A stretch of 64,000 nucleotides of DNA from contig NC_068983.1 of NCBI RefSeq assembly GCF_001194135.2, positions 154,970,693-155,034,692 of the forward strand, in the 5' to 3' direction. The notes under the pieces are model-generated. The model had not been told where the DNA came from and made no database searches. It saw nothing but the letters and a program-made list of their open reading frames with translations. A program made the translations under genes and the position numbers. Below, in pieces: positions 12,001 to 24,099 of the stretch (its first letter is position 1; every line of letters starts with the position of its first letter). Origin of the DNA: Octopus bimaculoides. Taxonomy: Eukaryota.

Positions 12001-12933
12001 CCTCATATGTACACAGATTTCTCAATCCTACTCATATTTCTCCTCTCAACTCTCACTCATACACATTTACTCCTTCACTTTCCCTCCTTCTTCCCTTTGT
12101 TTTAATTCACATCCCCCCCCCTACTCCTACTCCCTCACAATTTCTCTATAAATCTCTTCCTGCTGTTTCCTTCCTCTTTACCCCTTACCCATGCCATTTC
12201 TTTCACATACAAATGTTCTGTAACACAAACCAACCTCATTCACTACATAATCTGTTTTCAATCAATATTTTAGATGCTGTTATCATTCATATTTTCTTTC
12301 ACCCTAATTTTCTTCAATTCTTTTTCATTTTTATTTCATTTTATTTTGTTTTTTTTTTAGTTTTCTCTCTCCTTTTTATTGTGGGTGTTTTGCATTGTTT
12401 TTTTTTTTGGTTTTTGTTTTGAGTATTTTCTGGAACTTTATTAATTTTTTTTACTTTGTTTCCTTATGCACTTGGTTTGGTTTTCTTTTTCTTTAATTTT
12501 TAAGCTTTTCCTTCCTTCTGTCTTTTATCTTTCTTTTTCCCATCCACCATCCCTCTCTCTCTCTCCCTCTCTCTCTCTCCCCCCCTCTCTCTCTCCCCCT
12601 CTCTCNNNNNNNNNNNNNNNNNNNNNNNNNNNNNNNNNNNNNNNNNNNNNNNNNNNNNNNNNNNNNNNNNNNNNNNNNNNNNNNNNNNNNNNNNNNNNNN
12701 CCCCCTCTCTCTCTCTGCACACGCACTCACTCACTCACACATTTATGTATTTATTATAATGCTGAGGATTTACTCTGTTGCTACTCTGCATTTCGCAATT
12801 CTTTTCTGATTGAATGACTGTTGTACATTCAACGAAGAACTTTGAAACTCGGAATAGCAACAGGGTTAACCGCAAAGCTATACTCTTCTTTAGCATTGAG
12901 TACGCTTTCCTCTCACTTATTTCAACTCAAGTG

Positions 12934-12974
<41 letters not shown>

Positions 12975-12983
12975 ACACACATT

Positions 12984-13875
12984 ATCATCATCATTTAACA
13001 TTTGTTTTCCATACTGTCATGGGTTAGACTGTCTGACAGGACCTGGTAAGCTGGATAGCTGCGCTTGGCTCCAGTTATGGTTTCCAAGGCTGAGTGCCCT
13101 TCCTAATGTCAAACACTTTTACAAAGTGTACTGGCTGCTTTTTATGGGGCATTGACACGGAAGATTTTGCCTGGTACTGCCATAGGTGCTCTGTTATGTG
13201 GCACTGGCATGAATGCTCTGTCATGTAGCATTGGCACAAGTGCTCTATCATGTAGCACTGTTACATGTGCTCTATAATGTAACACTGGCATGAGAGCTCT
13301 AACATGTAGCATTGACACAGGTGCTCTGTCATGTAACACTGGCATGGGTGCTCTGTCATGTGGAACTGGTATGGGTGCTCTGTCATGTGGAACTGGTATG
13401 GGTGCTCTATAATGTGACACTGACTTGGGTACTCACATGGCTCTGGCAGAGGTGCTCTAATACGTGATACTACCACAGGTGCTCCATTACATGGCGTGGG
13501 TGTGCTGTCATGTGACACTGGTGTAGGTGCTCTATCACATGACACTGTTGTGAATGCTCTTTCATGTGGCACTGTTGTAGGTACTCTGTCATGTGGCACT
13601 GGCGTGGGTGCTCTGTCATGTGGAACTAGCAAAGCAAAGGTACTCTATCATGCAGAACTGACAATGCTGCTCTATCATGTGGAACTGCCATTGGTGCTCT
13701 TTTACATGGTGCCAGAATTGGTGCTTTCTTATGTGGAACCAGCACTGGTGCTTTATTGATACGGCGCCAGCACAAGTGCTTTATTACATGGTGCCAGCAC
13801 AAGTACATTTCATGTGGTGCAGGCACTGATGTTGTTTTACAAGGCACCAGCACTTTTTTTACATGGCGCCAGCAT
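12984..13875 (-). mobile_element. Old (GAT)n-tailed retroelement with expanded internal array
   Basis: CATCATCATTTAAC...TTTCCAT...GGGTT...TGCCCTTCCTAATG matches the reverse complement of the element 3' end and continues into the array. Confidence 0.65.
13185..13875. repeat. 27-bp minisatellite, about 25 diverged units
   Basis: Unit GGTGCTCTGTCATGTGGAACTGGTATG, translating as 9-aa repeats (HDRAPxPVP) in the ORF track. Confidence 0.9.
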
Positions 13876-15019
13876 GACACATGTATTACATGCACTCTGA
13901 TATAAACTTCGTGTGTCATGTCTTCCTTCATACTATCTCTCTCTCTGTCATATTATTAGTGGTTTGCAAATATTTCTTCTTCCCCACCTCTTATCATCGC
14001 ATCTGTTTCTTATTATCTAATGTTTTTTTTTGTTTTTTTTCACCAAATATCTTTCATTCATCATTCGCCCCCCTCCTTCACTGTAACATCCCTTTCCTTT
14101 CTCTTATCCTTTCTCTTATCCTTCTCCTTTATTACTACTTCATTTGCTTGTGTTCTTTTCCATCAAAATAATTCTCTCTTGTCTTTCTTTCGCTCTCTTA
14201 TCTAGCTTCTCTCATTCTCCTGTCATCTTTTTTTTTTACTCATCTTCATATCTGTTACTCCCACCTCCTCTCATCCATTTTTGTTATTACTTTTCATTTT
14301 ATTAATTGACCTCTGATTGTCTAATAAATAAAACAATTGTTTCTCAACACCCCTCCTACTCAAGTATTCAGTTTCTTTCTGTATCTAGCCAGGCTCCCTT
14401 TCATCCTCCCTTCAGTTTTCTTCTTTTACTCTTTCTCTCACTCCCTCTTTGTGTTCCCAAGTATATTTTTTTTATTACATCTCATCTGTTTCTTGTTAAC
14501 TGGCACCTCCGATTACCCTTCAATTGTTCCTTACCTTTGTTCTTTCTGTCCTTTATTCTATCTTCCCACTCCCTGGTCCCTTACCTCATATCCTGTATCT
14601 TTTTCATTCTAACCCCCTTTTTACTCTAGTCTCATCTTTTGGTCCTTCCTACATCCTTTTCCTTATATAGTCAACCTGTTTTTTTTTTTTTTTAAAGTCA
14701 AAGCATGGGAGTTGTGGAGAAACATTGCCTATAACCCTTGACCCCTTATAAGGCCTCCAATACTTGCAGCCATATCAACAAGGAAGTTATCCTCAATCCA
14801 TAGACTTGGCCTGAATACATGGACTTCCTGCGGAAAGCATCTATGTCCCCCATTCCACCCCGGGTAGGAATTAAACCAAGCAACAAGAGAAATGTTCTAT
14901 CGTCCATATAGAAACCATAGCAGGAACTCAGATTTCCAAAATACAGACCATATGCCACAATGCATTTAATTTGAAGATTCATACTGTTTCCCCAATCTAT
15001 ATTCTCTTTACTCGATTTT

Positions 15020-15207
15020 ACTCTTTTACTTGTTTCAGTCTTTTGACTGCGGCCATGCTGGAGCATCGCCTTTAGTCGAGCAAATCGACCCCAGGACTTA
15101 TTCTTTGTAAGCCTAGTACTTATTCTATCGGTCTCTTTTGCCGAACCGCTAAGTTACGGGGACATAAACACACCAGCATCGGTTGTCAAGCGATGTTGGG
15201 GGGACAA

Positions 15208-15240
<33 letters not shown>

Positions 15241-15419
15241 CATATGCATATATACGACGGGCTTCTTTCAGTTTCCGTCTACCAAATCCACTTACAAGGC
15301 TTTGGTCGGCCCGAGGCTATATTCGAAGACACTTGCCCAAGGTGCCATGCAGTGGGACTGAACCCGGAACCATGTGGTTGGTAAGCAAGCTACTTACCAC
15401 ACAGCCACTCCTGCTCCTA
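15020..15419 (-). mobile_element. SINE family A, full length, young (CpG-rich)
   Basis: All modules are intact, including CCGAACCG, ATCGG and GACGGG CpGs, with an internal (TA)n. Confidence 0.9.
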
Positions 15420-16670
15420 CATTGTATCGCCACATTTTTTTTTTTTTTTTTTTTTTCATTAACCCTATAGAATGAAAAGCAAAGTTGTCCTCTACCAGGT
15501 TTGAATGCAAGGCATTCATGCTATCTGATGATCTAATGACTCTGCTGCCAATTTACTCCATTAATATCTTCTATACTGTTGTCTGCCATTCCCCAGCTAT
15601 CTCCCTTCAGCCTATCTCTTCCTATACAAGAAATAGTCAGCCTCTTCTTCAGTTTATCTGTCACACAGCCTATCTTTCCTCCTTTTTTTCTTTCTATCTT
15701 CCTTTCCATTGTCCTCTTGCTGTGTTGTTCATTATCCAGTTCTTGTTTACATTCTTCTTGTTCCTTATATTACTTACCCTCCCTCCTCCCCTAATCCTCT
15801 AGTTCCAAAACTTATCTATTCTGTCTCTGTTCTTCTTGTTGATGTTGTCTGTTGATCGTTTTTTTTTTTTTTTTGCCATTTTACTTTCTGTACCTGTTCT
15901 TTCTTTATTACTTCCTCCAATCCCTTATTCTTCTGGCTTCCATGTTTTTCTTCCCTTTCCTAGCTCCCTCAGTTTTCCTTTTTTTTTTCTTCTTGTTGTT
16001 GTAATTGTTCTTTCTCACTATCAACATTTTTCTTCTTACTTTCTTAGCTTTTTTTTTTTACCTTTTCTACATACCTTACTTCCATTTGCAAATACCCCTT
16101 CTTTCTTCTCTTCCTTCTCGCTTTTCTTATCTTTTCTTCTACACACACGCACACACACACATTTGCGTATGGAACTATGAACAAACAGAAAACTTACCAA
16201 GTAGTTGCAGAGAAATTCACTTTCCTCAGTCTACTCTTAACACTTAACTTTCGGCATTGACATAGATTTGATCCATGTTAATTATGGCAAAGACTATTTA
16301 TGAGGAACAGTTGGAGGAATTGCTAGCACAGAAACAAAAGACAAGAAAAAATATATCAAAAAAATTTCAATGTGGAAAAGGAAGGAGTGGGGATGGGGTG
16401 GGGGTTAACAGAAAGGAAATGGAGGTAAAGTAAAAAAAAAAAAAGCAAAGATAAATAGAGAATATTAAATAAATATTACCAAAATTAGATTAGAACCTGG
16501 ATTTTTTTTTTCATTATGATCATTTTTTTATACCATTTTTACAGTTAACACATGTACTCACTCTTCACAAGTGGAAATAGATTTTTAAAAAAAGTCTCTT
16601 TCCTGTATATTAATTGGCAAACATGACTACCAAAATACATAGTTTATATATGTGTGTGTGTGTGTGCGTG

Positions 16671-16713
<43 letters not shown>

Positions 16714-17483
16714 ATATATGTATATATATATATATATCATTTTTTGTCTATTTTCCCATGTTGGCATGTGTTATAAATAAATATGCTGTCAGCAAAATTG
16801 TTTGAGTGTACATAGCATAGTTGCCGACACAGCAAGGAATAAATTAAGAAACAGGATCAAAACTAGACAAAATGTATTCATGGTTTGATTCTCTATTACA
16901 CGAAGAAGTAAATAAGTGTTTAAATTCTAACTTAATTTAAACATGAACATATAGATGTGTTCTACATTTAAGTCTAGATTAGTATGCATATATTTCAGAG
17001 TAGGTTGCAGGCAGTTCACTTAGCAGAACAGTAAATTGAAATAACAACCTATTCAAAGTAGGGAGCAGTGCTCATACTAGGTACTCTTCCAGAGGCCAAA
17101 TGGCTCTAGGGGTCCAATTCTGATTTATGTACACTGTGGCTTGCTGTTAATAAATATTATAGGGCCCGGCACATTGATTTATCTGTTGGGACAGGGGTCT
17201 TAAATGCTGCTAAGATGGCTTTTTTTTTTTTTTGTACTGGGGCATGATAAATGCATTCAGTCTGCACTGCAAAGTGATTGGTGTTAATAAGGACATCCAG
17301 TTGTAAAGATGCCAAAGAACATAATATGGACAACAACAGATTGGTTGTTTTCTGTTTGCTGTGTGTTATCAGATGGCAAAGGACCAGAACATGGTAAAGA
17401 CACAGTGAACCACTTGTTCAGCTTATAATTAGAATGGAAAATTAGAGGTAAAAATGAGGATGATAATGAAATAAATACATATA

Positions 17484-17805
17484 GGCGCAGGAGTAGCTGT
17501 GTGGTAAGTGTCTTCTACTATAGCCTCAGGCCAACCAAAGCCTTGTGAGTGGATTTGGTGGACGGAAACTGAAAGAAGCCCGTCGTATATATATATATAT
17601 ATGTTTGTGTGTGTTTGTCCCCCTCAACATTGCTTGACAGCTGATGCTGGTGTGTTTATGCCCCCATAACTTAGCAGTTTGGCAAATATGTCCAATAGAA
17701 TAAGTACTAGACTTACAAAGAATAAGTCCCTGGGACAATTTGCTCAACTAAAGGTGGTGCTCCAGCATGGCCGCAGTCAAATGATTGAAACAAGTAAAAG
17801 AATTA
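17484..17805 (+). mobile_element. SINE family A with internal deletion of the B-box region
   Basis: GTGTGGTAAGT joins directly to GTCTTCTACTATAG at an AAGT microhomology. Confidence 0.85.
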
Positions 17806-17959
17806 AAGGATATGCACACATATCCTTTAAAATTATATTTCTCTGTTCCCCACTACCCTTACTCTTTCTCTCTTCTTTTCTTCTCCGCCCTAAATGTTTT
17901 CTGAACATCAAATGTTGTCATTTTACCTACTCTGTTACAATAATAGTAATTGGAGCCAG

Positions 17960-18735
17960 AAATTCGTGGGGAAGAGGAACAATTGATTATATCAACCTAA
18001 GCACTTGACTGGCACCTTGTTTTATTTAATATGGTGAGGTGAAAGGCAAAATTAACCTGAGTGGGCTTTCAACTTTTAGTGTTCAGAACTATACATAAAA
18101 TAATAAAAAGGAATTTGTTTTAGCCTTAACAATAATGATAATTTTTTTTCAAACTTTAGTTCAAGGCCAGCAGTTTTAGGGGGTGAAGCTTTATTGACTG
18201 CTTCACCCTCCATACATGACTGGTACTTATTTCATTAACCCTGGAAGGATGAAATGCCTAATGTTGTCTACCATGGTAACATTTCATTCAACCCACTGCA
18301 TTAGCAATATTAGTAATAATAATGGTTTCAAATCGTTCCACAATGGTAGCAATTTTGGGGGAGGGGATGAGTCAGTTACATCAACCCCCAGTGTTCAACT
18401 GGTACTTATTTTATTGACCCCCGAAAGGATGCAGAGCAAAGCTAACCTCGGTGAAATTGGAACTCAGAATGGAACAACAGGTGAAATACCGCTAAGCATT
18501 TCGTTAATGTGCTAACGATTCTGCCAGCTCACCACCTTAATAATAAGGATATTTTCTAATATAGACTGAAGATTTGAAACTTGCAGGGACGGACCAGCTC
18601 GTTAGATTGAATCCAGTTCTTTGTACATAAATCTATCAACCTATCAAGTATGAAAGGCAAAGTTAACTTCAGTGGGATTTGAACTCAGCTGTAGCAAATA
18701 CCACAGGGTATTTTGTCTGGTGATCTAATTATTGT
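17960..18735 (-). mobile_element. Head-to-tail cluster of about 4 SINE family C copies
   Basis: Repeated GGTACTTATTT...GAAAGG...GCAAAG...GAACTCAG blocks; the clearest copy is 18317-18542. Confidence 0.7.
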
Positions 18736-18747
18736 ACCAAAAGAATA

Positions 18748-19052
18748 AAAGGGTAAACACCTTCTTCGGTCATGAATGACCTTGGGATTGCACCTAGAAA
18801 GTTCCCCTCCGAGGCACAAATCTGGGCAAGGTTGTTTATGGAAGACCAGCAGTTGCTCATGCATACTAGCCTTCCCTCTCCATTCCATGGATGCCATCAT
18901 AACTCATAACTCATTTCCACAGCTGAGTGAACTGGAGCAATGTGAAATAAAGTGTCTTGCTCAAGAACACAGCATGCAGCCCAGTCCAGTAATCAGACTC
19001 ACTACCACATGATTGTGAGCCTGATGCTCTAACCACTGAGCCATGTGCCCTC
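18748..19052 (-). mobile_element. tRNA-derived SINE family E (CORE-like)
   Basis: Reverse complement of the 41969-42313 element: TCTTGAGCAAGACACTTTATTTCAC...CATGACCGAAG. Confidence 0.8.
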
Positions 19053-20267
19053 ATGCCAAAAGAATATATTTTTCTTTTTGAGGGGAAAAAAAAAATACAG
19101 ATGGAAAAGTAAAGATGAAAATGCAGTTAAAGAAAGATTATAATGATTTTTGTCATCACATGTAATCAAAATGATAATCTCTAAGAGAATGGAACTGGTT
19201 CACATCAGGAAAATAAAGCATTGGTGGAGGGGGACAGGGGGGCAAAAATTAACTAAGTAAGAGTTATTTGTTACCATTTAATAGTGGGTAGATTTGATTG
19301 TAAATATTTTTTCAGGGATTGGTCTTTGTGTGTGTATGTGTTCAGCAAGAGGATAAAGTCAAAACTAAAAACCCCAAATATTTAATCTTTTTAAAAGATA
19401 AAAAATAGCTAAAATATTATGACTGCTAAAAGAATTTGAAGAAGAAAAAAAAAAAAATTCTAAGAAATTGAAAAGAACAAAATAGAAATCTGTAATAAAG
19501 AAGATAACATATTTTGATCCTTAAAAAATGGTGACTTGATTGAATAGGAACCTTTCTAAAAAGAAGGAAATAATAAAAAAAATATAGTGTTTATCAGCAC
19601 TAAGAGTTCCTTCCTGCTATTTTTACGAAAAGAAAAAAATGAAATAGGAAAACTCTGTGGATGACTTCATATCACACCTGAATGGTTTTAAGTAAATGAA
19701 AGCAAGAACAACAAAAAGAAATAAGTCTCAGGAAGGATTTCTTTTCTAAAATATTTTTTTTTTTAAGGAAAGACTGGCAAAAAAAAAAAAATGGTTTTAA
19801 AATATAAAAGGGTTTTAAAATGTAAAATTCTGAAAAAGCAAAATGAAAAAAATGCTTGAAGAAAGGAAAAATAATAATTTAAGAATGATTTGAAAAATAT
19901 TAAAATTACAATAAACATGTAAGAATGAAAAAAAGTGTGTTTAGGTTTCTTAGGTTTTGTGTGGCAGGAGTAATTTTATTTTGGAAGATTTAGCAACAGC
20001 TGTAATGATGATAAGAGAAGTTCCAAAAACTACAACAGCAACAGATAATACAAGTCTTGGAGCTTTTAGGTAGTTTCATAATCTGTGTGCAAAGTTTCAG
20101 AATGCATTTGTATAATTAACCCTTCTGATGCCAAACTGTCTGAGCTGCCTCCAGTCTTTTGATACCAAAAACCTCCCATTATAATGTTACACAGTAACCT
20201 TTTTCTGTTACACTATATTCAAAACACCAGCTTAATATATTTGTCTAATGAAAAAGTTATTTATTAA

Positions 20268-20555
20268 CCCCTTAGCATTTAGGATTATTCTGTCAAAAGT
20301 GATGCATATTTATTCACATTATTTTGAGATTTCAATGATGTTGTTGCTTATTTTTAACCTTTAGCTTATTGTAGGTACATTATGTCGCCATATGAGTTTT
20401 CTCTCCTGTAGTAATAGGCCAATTTTAGAGAAAAAGCAGTGTGCTAAAGGTTAAAATGACATTGTAGAGTAGGTGTGAGAGGCTGGATCTGACTAGTTTG
20501 AACATAAAACTGGTAGGATATTTGGGCATAATATGGCCAATTTAAATGCTAAGAG
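20268..20555 (+). mobile_element. piggyBac-like MITE family 1
   Basis: TTAA-CCCCTTAGCATTT ... AAATGCTAAGAG-TTAA. Confidence 0.8.
20358..20450. mobile_element. 93-bp piggyBac-like mini-element nested in a TTAA site of the MITE
   Basis: TTAA-CCTTTAGC ... GCTAAAGG-TTAA; removing it restores the host MITE sequence. Confidence 0.75.
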
Positions 20556-20741
20556 TTAAATTCCTCCACAGACTACTAGATTATGGTAAAAAAATGGTTA
20601 AGTATATGTTAAAATGTATAATATTCTGAGCGCTAAATATGCTAAAAGCATTAAATACACTAAGAAATGATTGTGCATCGCATCTTATATTAGACAATAT
20701 TATTTATGTTCATTTTAGGAAATATTAGACACAATTATAGT

Positions 20742-20850
20742 TTGGCCAAATTAGATTGGAACCTGGTGTAGCTCCCCAGCTGACCAGTTTTCAGTCAAAC
20801 TGTCCAACCTGTGCCAGCATGGAGAGTAGGCGTTAAACAGTGATGATGAT
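20742..20850 (+). mobile_element. (GAT)n-tailed element, 5'-truncated
   Basis: AGATTGGAACCTGGTGTAGC...CAGCATGGAGAGTAGGCGTTAAAC-GATGATGAT. Confidence 0.7.
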
Positions 20851-21661
20851 TGCTGTTTTAGTCTTGTTATGGCTTCATCAGCCAAACATATACATCGTTG
20901 TATTTGGTTGCAATAGTAATGGGAGAATCATTATATGAATTCAAAATATTGTTTATCTAGTTGATGTAGGAAAAGAGGATTCTCTAAAACATAAGTAATC
21001 TTTTCAGAGATTCAGACTGAAATTATTGATGACGAGCCTTCGCTAATAAAGCCACAAAGACTGAACATAAGACCAGAACATGTCTAAAATTATCTTCCAT
21101 ACTTGCCAAAACACTATCTGGTGCTTCAAGTGTTAGCAGCGACCCATTTACCAGCATAGCCAAACTGGCATTAAACTTATGATGATTAAAAGTATTTTCC
21201 TGTCTTGTGTCTTCACTTCACTTCTATCTATGCTTCTCCTACACAAAATTGCTATATTGTATGTGTGTCTATATTAATTAAAATGAATGAATGTTTTGTC
21301 CTGTCTCTGCTTTCCGGGTTAGGCTTCTGTTATATTTTAATGAAAGCTTCATCCTGTCTTGTATAGTCTTTGGCTCATCTCTGTCTACCACGCTAAACAC
21401 TTGATATAATTTACATAAGTCATTCACTGTCATAGGGGCACAACAAGTGTTTCTATTGCCAACTTTATATAATTATCACACAATGAAGGATTCTTCTGTA
21501 TTCTCTCTCTATCTCTCTCTCTCTCTCTCTTTTCCTCTTTTTTTTTGTTTGTTAACCACCGGATCTTTGAGAACATTTAATATATAACCATTGATTGTGA
21601 ACAGTATCCTGTGTGTGCCTATATGTGGGTCTCTGTCTCTCTGTATACATTCATGTGTACG

Positions 21662-21741
<80 letters not shown>

Positions 21742-22116
21742 ATGTATATATAAGTTAGTGACATCATAACACATTTGTATGTAGGTATGAATTTGCAACA
21801 AACACTGTCTTGAAAGTAACTCAAATAGATGTCATGATGTCAAGTTTGTGTGTGTGTGTGCGCGTGGTTGAATACTAGCTAAGCTATAATTGTTGTGTAT
21901 GTGTGATATAGATAACTTTTGTGAATATGCACCTGCGCATATATTTAATACATGGTAGTATATTTTGCATATTTTAGTATGTGTCTGTGTATATATCATT
22001 ATCATCATTCTTAATGTCTGTTTTCCATGCTGGCATAGGTTGGACATCATGATATATAAAACATAAAAAACAGACATAAAATAAAAAACAGACGGTGTTG
22101 GAACTCTTTTCAACAA

Positions 22117-22164
<48 letters not shown>

Positions 22165-22357
22165 CCTCGTGGGCATCGGTACCATTTTCCTCTTTCTCCG
22201 TTCTTCCATTCTCCGAACTTTCCATCTTTCCGACGAAGGGCTACGCCCGAAACGTNNNNNNNNNNCTCTCTCTTTCCTTTCCTGAGCATCCAATAATACT
22301 ATCCATATCACGTCCTCACTTTGTTGTTTTTTTTGTTTTTTTGTTATTGTTTTTTTT

Positions 22358-22361
<4 letters not shown>
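22165..22361 (+). mobile_element. About 200-bp hammerhead-bearing non-coding unit flanked by (TA)n on both sides
   Basis: Bounded by (TA)n at 22115-22164 and from 22362; 3' tail ATAATACTATCCATATCACGTCCTCACTTTGTTG...AAC is shared with 26176-26242. Confidence 0.65.
22230..22255 (+). ncRNA. Minimal hammerhead ribozyme core, CCGACGA variant
   Basis: CCGACGA AGGGC-tac-GCCC GAAA CGT; the cleavage site and 3' stem I fall in the 10-N gap. Confidence 0.65.
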
Positions 22362-22408
<47 letters not shown>

Positions 22409-22982
22409 GTGTGTGTGTGTCTATATGTATATATGCACATAATGGGCTTTTTTTTTCAGTTCCTGTCTACCAAATCCACTCACAAGGCACTTGCCCAAGG
22501 TGCCATGCAGTGAGACTGAACCTGGGGTCACATAACCATTCCTCATCCTATATATATAAATATAAATCATTATCATCATCGTTTAATGTCCTCTTTCCAT
22601 GCTGGCACAAGTTGGATGGTTTGAGAGGTGGCCATAGAGAAGCCTGCACCAGACTTCTGTGTCTATTTTGGTTTTATATATATATATATATATATTGATT
22701 GTTTGGTCATCATTATCATTTAATGCCTGTTTTCTGTGCTGGCATGGGTTGGATGGTTTAACAGGATCTAAGAATCCAGTGGACTGTGTTGAACTCTGTT
22801 TTAGTTTGGTTTCTGTATTTGGATGCCCTTCTTGGGTTTCACTTGATATTGACCAATGCTAACATCTATCTCTCATTCCCCTCTCGCTGTATTTATATTT
22901 TGTGGCTATGTGGTAAGAAGCTTCTCGACCACATGGTTCTGGATTCAGTCCCACTGCATGGCTCCTTGGACAAATGTCTTCT

Positions 22983-23859
22983 NNNNNNNNNNNNNNNNNN
23001 NNNNNNNNNNNNNNNNNNNNNNNNNNNNNNNNNNNNNNNNNNNNNNNNNNNNNNNNNNNNNNNNNNNNNNNNNNNNNNNNNNNNNNNNNNNNNNNNNNNN
23101 NNNNNNNNNNNNNNNNNNNNNNNNNNNNNNNNNNNNNNNNNNNNNNNNNNNNNNNNNNNNNNNNNNNNNNNNNNNNNNNNNNNNNNNNNNNNNNNNNNNN
23201 NNNNNNNNNNNNNNNNNNNNNNNNNNNNNNNNNNNNNNNNNNNNNNNNNNNNNNNNNNNNNNNNNNNNNNNNNNNNNNNNNNNNNNNNNNNNNNNNNNNN
23301 NNNNNNNNNNNNNNNNNNNNNNNNNNNNNNNNNNNNNNNNNNNNNNNNNNNNNNNNNNNNNNNNNNNNNNNNNNNNNNNNNNNNNNNNNNNNNNNNNNNN
23401 NNNNNNNNNNNNNNNNNNNNNNNNNNNNNNNNNNNNNNNNNNNNNNNNNNNNNNNNNNNNNNNNNNNNNNNNNNNNNNNNNNNNNNNNNNNNNNNNNNNN
23501 NNNNNNNNNNNNNNNNNNNNNNNNNNNNNNNNNNNNNNNNNNNNNNNNNNNNNNNNNNNNNNNNNNNNNNNNNNNNNNNNNNNNNNNNNNNNNNNNNNNN
23601 NNNNNNNNNNNNNNNNNNNNNNNNNNNNNNNNNNNNNNNNNNNNNNNNNNNNNNNNNNNNNNNNNNNNNNNNNNNNNNNNNNNNNNNNNNNNNNNNNNNN
23701 NNNNNNNNNNNNNNNNNNNNNNNNNNNNNNNNNNNNNNNNNNNNNNNNNNNNNNNNNNNNNNNNNNNNNNNNNNNNNNNNNNNNNNNNNNNNNNNNNNNN
23801 NNNNNNNNNNNNNNNNNNNNNNNNNNNNNNNNNNNNNNNNNNNNNNNNNNNNNNNNNNN
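22983..23859. other. Largest assembly gap (N run)
   Basis: N characters; many other gaps are flanked by (TA)n. Confidence 0.99.
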
Positions 23860-24043
23860 CACATACAAAAATCAGACATATTCACAAATACACACATAAA
23901 AATCTCTTAACGCCTTTGAATGCAAGTTTGTTTATTTTGTTATGTTTTTCTACAACAATAAAATTTAAGAGATTTCTCGTTTTCCTTTCTTTTTGTTTTT
24001 TTATGTTCAAAATATCTGTTGCTTTGATGATTGCACCTGTGTG

Positions 24044-24099
<56 letters not shown>

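Noticed and set aside
13185-13875. CRISPR-like array
   Set aside because: Whole units are homologous with no unique spacers, there are no cas genes, and the context is eukaryotic; it is a minisatellite
14700-15000. Possible LINE RT remnant or exon
   Set aside because: Only vague resemblance, with stops in all frames and no diagnostic motif
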